This document shows positions 57,358 through 64,000 of a DNA stretch of 64,000 bases, in pieces. The notes beneath the pieces were generated by a model. That model saw only the letters and a program-made list of their open reading frames with translations, was not told where the DNA came from and did no database searches. The stretch's first letter is position 1, and every line of letters begins with the position of its first letter. A program made the position numbers and the translations under genes. This stretch comes from Rhodospirillales bacterium (lineage in GTDB: Bacteria; Pseudomonadota; Alphaproteobacteria; Bin95), in the NCBI GenBank assembly GCA_038143065.1, contig JAYQLI010000035.1:2048894-2112893 (forward strand), given 5' to 3'.

Positions 57358-58512
57358 TTAGCTCATCAGACGCGATAGTACTGCGTTAAGTCTTTGTCGG
57401 CCATCTGCCGTTGCGCACAAATGGGAGTCATTCAATTCAAGAAACCCTCCGTCTATGAGGGTTTTTAATGCTGATTTGTCTGCCAATGCTTCAAGAGACA
57501 GTCCAGTTTGAAAAGAGAGCCTGTCTAGGTTGACGCCTTCTTTGAGCCTTAATCCCATCATGAGATTTTCTTGACCTATTTCCACTGCTGTCAGAGCAAT
57601 TTTTTCAGCTACGCCATTTCCACTAGCCTCTACTCGTGAAATCCATGCTTCTGGGGTTTTTACTTGCCGAAATGCTGTTCTATGGCCGTTGACACCTAAT
57701 CTCCCGTGTGCCCCAGGCCCCACGCCAACCCACGAACCACCGCGCCAATAAATTAAATTATGTCGAGCTTCTTGGCCGGGGTAAGCATGGTTTGAAATCT
57801 CGTAATTTAAGAGTCCTGCCGAAGATAAAACTGATTGGGTTGCCTCGAATAATTGTCCGGCAAAGTCATCTTCTGGTATTTGAAAAAGTCCACGTGCATG
57901 AGCGCCATGGAAGGCAGTTCCTGGTTCGATCGTTAGCTGATACGCAGAAAGATGGCTGCTTCCAAATGATAGAGCTTGGTAGAGTTCATTTTCCCAGGCT
58001 AGCTGAGATTGTTCTGGCAAAGCATAAATAAGATCAAGAGACCAACGATTAAAGGTTTCACTTGCTATCTTTATGGCTTTCAAGGCATCCGCTGCTGAAT
58101 GCTGACGGCCCAAGAATTTTAATGCATCATCATTGAGAGACTGTACGCCAAGAGAAACTCGATTGACGCCTGACGCCGCATACCCCGCGAACCGTTCTGC
58201 TTCAACGGAACTGGGATTGGCTTCCATTGTGATTTCAATGTCGTTACTGAAACCCCATTCCCGTCGAGCTGCATCAATCACCGAAGCAATAACCTCAGGT
58301 TCCATGAGCGATGGGGTGCCGCCACCAAAGAAAATAGTTTCAAGCGGACGGCCATCAGTGTTAGCCGCAAAGTAAGCGATTTCCTCTGTTAAGGCTTTTG
58401 CCCACCGGGACTGATCAATTTCTGCTCGGACGTGACTGTTGAAGTCACAGTAAGGGCATTTAGATTGGCAGAACGGCCAGTGAACGTACAGGCCAAAGCT
58501 ACCTTCATGCAT
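57358..58512 (-). CDS. hemW: Radical SAM heme chaperone
   Basis: HWPFCQSKCPYCDFN, FGGGTPS, YEISN, HNLIYW; follows rdgB. Confidence 0.94.
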   Translation of the reverse strand: MHEGSFGLYVHWPFCQSKCPYCDFNSHVRAEIDQSRWAKALTEEIAYFAANTDGRPLETIFFGGGTPSLMEPEVIASVIDAARREWGFSNDIEITMEANPSSVEAERFAGYAASGVNRVSLGVQSLNDDALKFLGRQHSAADALKAIKIASETFNRWSLDLIYALPEQSQLAWENELYQALSFGSSHLSAYQLTIEPGTAFHGAHARGLFQIPEDDFAGQLFEATQSVLSSAGLLNYEISNHAYPGQEARHNLIYWRGGSWVGVGPGAHGRLGVNGHRTAFRQVKTPEAWISRVEASGNGVAEKIALTAVEIGQENLMMGLRLKEGVNLDRLSFQTGLSLEALADKSALKTLIDGGFLELNDSHLCATADGRQRLNAVLSRLMS

Positions 58513-58521
58513 TAGAACTAC

Positions 58522-59136
58522 TCAGCGCCGAAGACAGGAATCAACAAAAAGTCTGAATGCATGGGCTCGGTGGCTCATGCTGTGCTTAATGTGTGGTTCC
58601 ATTTCACCAAAAGTAATTGCGTGCCCATTTGGCTGAAACATTGGGTCATACCCAAAGCCTTTGTTTCCACGGGGCGGCCAAGCTATGTCGCCCCATACCT
58701 CACCACGAAAGGTGAGAGATTTTCCAGTTGGCCATGCAATAGACAGGCAACATACAAACCAAGCAGTTCGATCTTCTTGTGTGCCCAATTGATCGTTTAT
58801 GCGGGACATCGCTACACTAAAATTCTTATCTGCTCCTGCCCATCTTGCGGAATAGATGCCAGGAGCTCCTTCCAATCCGGCAACACAAAAACCAGAGTCA
58901 TCAGCCAGCGCTGGTAAGTTTGTAAATTGAGCAGACGCATGGGCCTTAAGCCTAGCATTGGCCTCAAATGTATCACCAGTTTCTTCTGGCTCAGGTGCCC
59001 CAAGGTCACCTGCTGAAAGAATTTCTAAACCAAAAGGTTCTAGTAATTCTTGTATCTCGCGGACCTTCCCTGAATTATGAGATGCAACGACTAATTTATC
59101 GCCAGGCGAGAAACTCGTTTCTGTTGTCAAATTCAT
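58522..59136 (-). CDS. rdgB: dITP/XTP pyrophosphatase
   Basis: [31 protein letters not shown]; ATGA overlap with rph. Confidence 0.95.
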   Translation of the reverse strand: MNLTTETSFSPGDKLVVASHNSGKVREIQELLEPFGLEILSAGDLGAPEPEETGDTFEANARLKAHASAQFTNLPALADDSGFCVAGLEGAPGIYSARWAGADKNFSVAMSRINDQLGTQEDRTAWFVCCLSIAWPTGKSLTFRGEVWGDIAWPPRGNKGFGYDPMFQPNGHAITFGEMEPHIKHSMSHRAHAFRLFVDSCLRR

Positions 59137-59858
59137 TCGCTCATCGCTATTGCTTCGGCTTGAGCCTTGCATAAATCGGCAATGCCGTCTGTGGCAAGGT
59201 CTAGGAGTTCGTTAAATTGTAGGCGTGAAAAAGGAGCGCCTTCTGCTGTTCCTTGGACCTCAATTAACATCCCTTCTTTCGTCATCACGAAGTTTGCATC
59301 TGCTTCTGCAGAGGAGTCTTCTTCATAATCTAGATCAATAATGGTTTCACCTTGATAAATACCGCAAGAGATTGCCGCTACTTGGCCAACAATTGGGCTT
59401 CGCGTAATCGCACCTATCTTTTCAAGGCCTCGACAGGCTAATGCAAGAGCTACATAGCCTCCCGTAATTGCAGCAGTTCGGGTTCCCCCATCCGCCTGAA
59501 TGACGTCGCAATCGACCTTAATTTGTACTTCTCCTAGTGTCTTTAAATCTATTATTGCCCGAAGCGAGCGACCAATCAGGCGCTGGATTTCTTGAGTCCG
59601 GCCAGACTGTTTTCCTCGGGCAGCTTCTCGGTCTCCGCGTGTGTGTGTGGCGCGAGGTATCATTCCGTATTCCGCAGTCACCCAGCCGCGCCCAGAATTT
59701 CTCATCCAACCTGGAACGCGATTTTCAACCGACGCAGTGCAAAGCACGTGGGTATCACCAAACTTCGCCATGCAAGCGCCCTCGGCATGCTTGCTCCATC
59801 CTTTTGTTTCAAGTGATATTGATCGGAGTTGATTTCGGTTCCGCCCAGAAGGTCGCAT
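59133..59858 (-). CDS. rph: Ribonuclease PH
   Basis: [38 protein letters not shown]. Confidence 0.97.
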   Translation of the reverse strand: MRPSGRNRNQLRSISLETKGWSKHAEGACMAKFGDTHVLCTASVENRVPGWMRNSGRGWVTAEYGMIPRATHTRGDREAARGKQSGRTQEIQRLIGRSLRAIIDLKTLGEVQIKVDCDVIQADGGTRTAAITGGYVALALACRGLEKIGAITRSPIVGQVAAISCGIYQGETIIDLDYEEDSSAEADANFVMTKEGMLIEVQGTAEGAPFSRLQFNELLDLATDGIADLCKAQAEAIAMSE

Positions 59859-59994
59859 TGACTAGATTCTTCCTTGAAATAATGTTGAGGGTTCTAACTA
59901 TCTGATAAGAATGGGTACCCTTTTGTGGGGTTTTTTACCAGGAAATTTCATCCGAACGCGCTTTGTGCGCTGAATTGATGGTGGTTAAACGCTT

Positions 59995-60165
59995 ATGACC
60001 GAAAAAAATATGAAAAAACAATCTGAGCCCGTTGGATCAGTTGCAGACGATGAAAAAGCATTTACGGATGAGCAAGTGTCGTTAGAAGAGATTGGTGGTC
60101 CTAAGGGCCCCGATCCAACGCGTTTTGGTGACTGGTCAGTGAAAGGTCGATGCATAGACTTCTGA
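59995..60165 (+). CDS. DUF1674 / SDHAF4-like small protein (56 aa, below the ORF-track cutoff)
   Basis: Manual translation ends EIGGPKGPDPTRFGDWSVKGRCIDF, the DUF1674 signature. Confidence 0.9.
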   Translation: MTEKNMKKQSEPVGSVADDEKAFTDEQVSLEEIGGPKGPDPTRFGDWSVKGRCIDF

Positions 60166-60380
60166 TCTCCTCTCCTGTGTCTTATCCTTGATTTGCGGAT
60201 TGTGCATAATTAATTAATTTGGTGCCCTATCGTCTAGGTGCGTTTTCGAGTTCTGGGCCGTGTAAATTTTCAATAATTGTTATATTGCTAGTTTGTAGGC
60301 TTTGAGCGGCTGATCACTGGTCAAGACTTTCGAGTGAGATGCACTGCCCTTTGGCTATGGATTTAAAGGGGCTACGTGTG

Positions 60381-61091
60381 ATGCAATTCTCTGATTTTGA
60401 AGCTCTATCATTTGATTGTTATGGAACTTTGATAGATTGGGAGACAGGAATATGGAACGCCCTACAGTCTATCGTCGTTCGTTCTCAGCTGTCAGTAAAA
60501 CGGGAAGAAGCTTTAGTCGCTTTTGCTGAATTAGAGTCAGCTGCTCAGGCTTCCAGACCAACACAATTCTACCCTCACTTGTTAACCAGCATTCTTCCCC
60601 ACATAGCGGAACGATTTGATGTTGTGGCGTCGGAAGAGGACGCGGCTGCGTTTGGGGCGTCAGTGGGGTTATGGCCAGCATTTCCAGATGCTGCGTCGGC
60701 TCTAAGACGTCTTGGCAAACGTTATAAATTGATAATTCTTTCGAATGTTGATGTTGCCAGTTTTTGCCAAAGTGCAAAACGCTTAGAGGCACCTTTTGAT
60801 TACGTATTTACTGCGCAAGAAATCAGATCTTATAACCCAAATCCCGCAAATTTTGATTTTATGGAAAGTCGATTGGAAGAGGTGGGGATCACAAAAACCA
60901 AGACATTACACGTTGCCCAGTCCTTGTTTCATGACCATCAAGAGGCGACCAGACAAGGTTACGCAACTTGTTGGATTGACAGACGACAAGGTTCAGGTTG
61001 GGGGGCCACTAAAGAAATTGACAATATGCCTAAAACCGATTGGGCTTTTCCATCAATGTCTTCTTTTGCTGATGCAGTAGAAAACGAATAA
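60381..61091 (+). CDS. HAD-superfamily hydrolase (haloacid dehalogenase type II-like)
   Basis: FDCYGTLIDWE, ILSNVD, LHVAQSLFHD. Confidence 0.9.
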   Translation: MQFSDFEALSFDCYGTLIDWETGIWNALQSIVVRSQLSVKREEALVAFAELESAAQASRPTQFYPHLLTSILPHIAERFDVVASEEDAAAFGASVGLWPAFPDAASALRRLGKRYKLIILSNVDVASFCQSAKRLEAPFDYVFTAQEIRSYNPNPANFDFMESRLEEVGITKTKTLHVAQSLFHDHQEATRQGYATCWIDRRQGSGWGATKEIDNMPKTDWAFPSMSSFADAVENE

Positions 61092-61098
61092 AGGATCT

Positions 61099-62484
61099 TT
61101 GAACTTGGTTAGTGTATTACTGAACTCTGCCCGAAATTCTTTGCCTCTTGATGTTGTAGAAACGTCACAATTTTCAATCTGGTGCGATACTCTGCCTAAG
61201 AATTCGCTAACTTGGGTCGAAGCATCTGGTTTTATGGCCAGAGCAGGTGAGACGGTTTTGTTGCCTGACTCGAGTGGTTTGCCTGCCTCTGCAGCACTTG
61301 GTATTTCCAGTTTAGATGATGTGTGGGCTCTTGGAGATGCAGGATTAAAATTACCACCAATACGACCCTATAAAATTCGAACTAAGCTATCAAAGCTGCA
61401 AGCAACTAATGCTGCAATTTCCTGGGCTCTGGGAGCATATAAATTTGACCGTTACAAAACGAAAGGTGGTCACAAAGTTGCCCAGGTGATCTGGCCAAAG
61501 GGCGCAGATAAAACCCTCGCTGAGTCGGTTATTGATGGTGTTTCCCACGCTAGAGATCTTATATCCACTCCCGCTAATGAGATGGGACCAAAGGAATTGG
61601 CTGCCGCTGCTCGAAAGATTGGCCGCCAGCACCGGGCAAAGATCTCAGTAATTGTGGGTGATGATCTTTTAAAAAAGAATTTTCCGACAATCCATGCCGT
61701 TGGACGTGCAAGCTCTCGCGCACCGAGATTAATAGATATGACTTGGGGCAATCCAAGAGCGCCCAAAGTCACCCTTATCGGTAAGGGTGTATGTTTTGAT
61801 ACTGGAGGCCTTGATCTTAAGCCGTCGGGGGCAATGCTTAACATGAAAAAGGATATGGGGGGAGCTGGTAACGTATTGGGGCTTGCCCACTCAATTATGG
61901 CGACGAAGCTTAATATTCGTCTTCGAGTACTTATTCCGGCAGTAGAGAATAGTGTATCAGGCGACGCGTTTCGGCCGCTTGACGTTATCAAGACCCGAAA
62001 GGGTATCACGGTTGAAATTGGTAATACCGATGCCGAAGGACGCCTTGTGCTTTGCGACGCGATAGCCCTCGCCGTGGAAGAAAGCCCAGATCTCGTTATC
62101 GATTGCGCAACGCTGACTGGAGCGGCGCGCGTTGCACTCGGGCCAAGTTTGCCTGCCCTTTTCTGCAACAATGATGCTCTTGCCGCTGATATTCTTGGGG
62201 GTGGTTTAGAGGCAGATGACCAATTTTGGCGTTTACCTCTCCATCAGCCGTACAAAAGCATGTTGAAGGGCGAAGTGGCTGACTTAAATAATGTTTCGTC
62301 AGGTGGTTTTGCCGGAGCCATCACTGCAGCATTGTACCTGCAGGCTTTTATTGAGGACACGGTCCCATGGGCACATATTGATATGATGGCTTGGAATCCA
62401 ACAGGTAGACCTGGTCGTCCCAAAGGCGGTGAAGCTCAAGGTTTGCGAGCGTTATTGTCCATGCTTCAAAAGCGTTATTGCTGA
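61099..62484 (+). CDS. Leucyl aminopeptidase (M17)
   Basis: GKGVCFDTGG, MKKDMGGA, NTDAEGRL, ATLTGA. Confidence 0.95.
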   Translation: MNLVSVLLNSARNSLPLDVVETSQFSIWCDTLPKNSLTWVEASGFMARAGETVLLPDSSGLPASAALGISSLDDVWALGDAGLKLPPIRPYKIRTKLSKLQATNAAISWALGAYKFDRYKTKGGHKVAQVIWPKGADKTLAESVIDGVSHARDLISTPANEMGPKELAAAARKIGRQHRAKISVIVGDDLLKKNFPTIHAVGRASSRAPRLIDMTWGNPRAPKVTLIGKGVCFDTGGLDLKPSGAMLNMKKDMGGAGNVLGLAHSIMATKLNIRLRVLIPAVENSVSGDAFRPLDVIKTRKGITVEIGNTDAEGRLVLCDAIALAVEESPDLVIDCATLTGAARVALGPSLPALFCNNDALAADILGGGLEADDQFWRLPLHQPYKSMLKGEVADLNNVSSGGFAGAITAALYLQAFIEDTVPWAHIDMMAWNPTGRPGRPKGGEAQGLRALLSMLQKRYC

Positions 62485-63182
62485 CCTTTTCGATGAACTA
62501 GTACTGCAATAACTAACCACGCAATAGCTAAACCAAACCAAGTGAATGAATATTGCAGATGATTATCTGGAATATTCGGTTTTGCCTGTCGGCCAGTTAA
62601 ACCCTCAGGAGGGTTGGTCAAGCGAAGAATTAAAGAGGATATCTGGATATCGTTGAGACCGGCTGTTCGGGTTAATGCAATTGGATCAATCCAATACCAG
62701 TCTTTAGGTGGTTGGTTATCAGGGGTGAAAGCGGACGGCTTTCTGGCTGGAATTAAAACACCCTCAATGATAGTAGCGCTGCGAGGAAGAGAGATTTCTT
62801 TGATCTCATTATTTGACCATCCCAACTCAACAGCAATGATTCCTCCATCCTTCAAGCGAAAAGGTGCCGCATACACACTGCCAACCTTCCCAGCTGATGT
62901 AGTTGGAAAAACACGTATTAGATGACCAAGTACCCATGAGCCATTAGCTAGGACTGGGTGCCATGAAAAAGTGCTTTCGGGAATTTTTTCAATTGTAACA
63001 GGAGGTGATGCCAGACCGGCATTAATTTCTGCCAGCATGTTTTGTTTCCATGCACGCCTCTCCCACTGCCAAATCCCGAGTCCTGTAAGAATTAGGAAAC
63101 CCACTATCGATATAACGATAAATATGCGACTTTTCATGGACTTAGAGGGCAGTTGACCGACGTCGATATTGTATGTCGACAA
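62475..63182 (-). CDS. surf1: SURF1 family cytochrome oxidase assembly protein
   Basis: LGIWQWERRAWK, DNHLQYSFTWF; start may be at the MKSR ATG (63137). Confidence 0.9.
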   Translation of the reverse strand: MSTYNIDVGQLPSKSMKSRIFIVISIVGFLILTGLGIWQWERRAWKQNMLAEINAGLASPPVTIEKIPESTFSWHPVLANGSWVLGHLIRVFPTTSAGKVGSVYAAPFRLKDGGIIAVELGWSNNEIKEISLPRSATIIEGVLIPARKPSAFTPDNQPPKDWYWIDPIALTRTAGLNDIQISSLILRLTNPPEGLTGRQAKPNIPDNHLQYSFTWFGLAIAWLVIAVLVHRKGQQ

Positions 63183-63459
63183 ATTTGGCTTTTAGTGGCC
63201 TTAGCAGCGCTAACGTTAAGCCGAGAACGACTAAAGGCCAGACCAAAAAATGAAGCCAATAAAGTGGCTCAAAAAGTATCTCTAGACTGAGTGCGCCAAT
63301 GACTGAAAGAGCGCCAAAAATGAAGGTTACAAAGATGGCGGGACCATCCCCTGCATCATGAGCACGCAAGTCCAGTCCGCATGAGGGGCATTTTGGGTTT
63401 ACATCTAGCAACCCAGAGAAAAATGCACCTTGTCGGCAGCGTGGGCACCGGGCACTCAC
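63142..63459 (-). CDS. DUF983 family protein
   Basis: CPRC...CPSC, DAGDGPA, LLRPLK; typical position between coxC and SURF1. Confidence 0.9.
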   Translation of the reverse strand: MSARCPRCRQGAFFSGLLDVNPKCPSCGLDLRAHDAGDGPAIFVTFIFGALSVIGALSLEILFEPLYWLHFLVWPLVVLGLTLALLRPLKAKFVDIQYRRRSTAL

Positions 63460-63465
63460 TCTCGC

Positions 63466-64000
63466 TCAGCCACCCCAAACGTAAACGCAAGCAAACAAAA
63501 ACAGCCATACAACGTCAACGAAATGCCAGTACCATGCGGCAGCTTCAAAGCCAAAATGATGGTCAGATTTGAAGTGACCATTCATACCGCGGAACAGACA
63601 GACTGCTAGAAAGATGGTGCCGATAATAACATGGAAACCATGGAAACCGGTCGCTAGGAAAAAGGTTGAAGGATAAATTCCATCACGGAAGCCAAACGCT
63701 GCGTGACTATACTCATAAGCCTGCAATATTGAGAAGAAGAGCCCCAGAAGAACTGTTATTGTTAACCCTAAGATAAAATCTTTGCGATTATTGTGCAGAA
63801 GAGCGTGATGCGCCCATGTGACGGTGCAGCCTGAAAGCAGCAGTATTAGCGTATTGAGGAGCGGGAGATCTAAGGCATCAAATGTTTGAATCCCCTCGGG
63901 AGGCCACACAAAGCCAGTTGCTGCTTTTGGAAAAAGGCTTGCATCAAAGAAGGCCCAGAAAAACGCCGCAAAAAACATCACTTCCGATGCAATGAAGAGG
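63466..64000 (-). CDS. coxC: Cytochrome c oxidase subunit III (5' part outside window)
   Basis: [32 protein letters not shown]. Confidence 0.96.
   Translation of the reverse strand, partial: LFIASEVMFFAAFFWAFFDASLFPKAATGFVWPPEGIQTFDALDLPLLNTLILLLSGCTVTWAHHALLHNNRKDFILGLTITVLLGLFFSILQAYEYSHAAFGFRDGIYPSTFFLATGFHGFHVIIGTIFLAVCLFRGMNGHFKSDHHFGFEAAAWYWHFVDVVWLFLFACVYVWGG

Overview
A gene-dense, mostly core-genome segment of an alphaproteobacterium (probably a marine Rhodospirillales-like lineage, judged from gene order and protein sequences). It runs from a sigma54-driven glnB-glnA operon to the 3' end of the aa3 cytochrome oxidase operon (coxC-DUF983-SURF1). It includes degP with a two-component pair, a xanthine-dehydrogenase-family molybdoenzyme beside pgsA-mobB-moaDE, uvrD-prmA, purEK, glnS, rne, a DEAD-box helicase and rph-rdgB-hemW. 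I saw no tRNA, rRNA, CRISPR array, IS element or prophage. The strongest hidden signal is at 43202-44431 (-): two ORFs in the track are in one frame, joined by a UGA within a P-V-U-P-N-C motif and followed by a SECIS-like hairpin. This gives an orphan 409-aa PrdB-like selenoprotein with an extra ~170-aa domain and no prd/grd partner genes nearby. Other points of interest: a double cold-shock-domain protein with an RGGYGGGD repeat linker and a long structured leader; an rne leader with a repeated element that could act as an RNA switch; a duplication in the RNase E disordered tail; an HtrA-like protein lacking the catalytic His; and a small internally repeated protein behind tandem palindromes. 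Several genes carry single-base lesions (thrC, glnS, qor, DEAD-box helicase, probably tauE). These are most likely consensus errors, so single-base claims need read-level confirmation. All family assignments come from motif recognition, not database searches.
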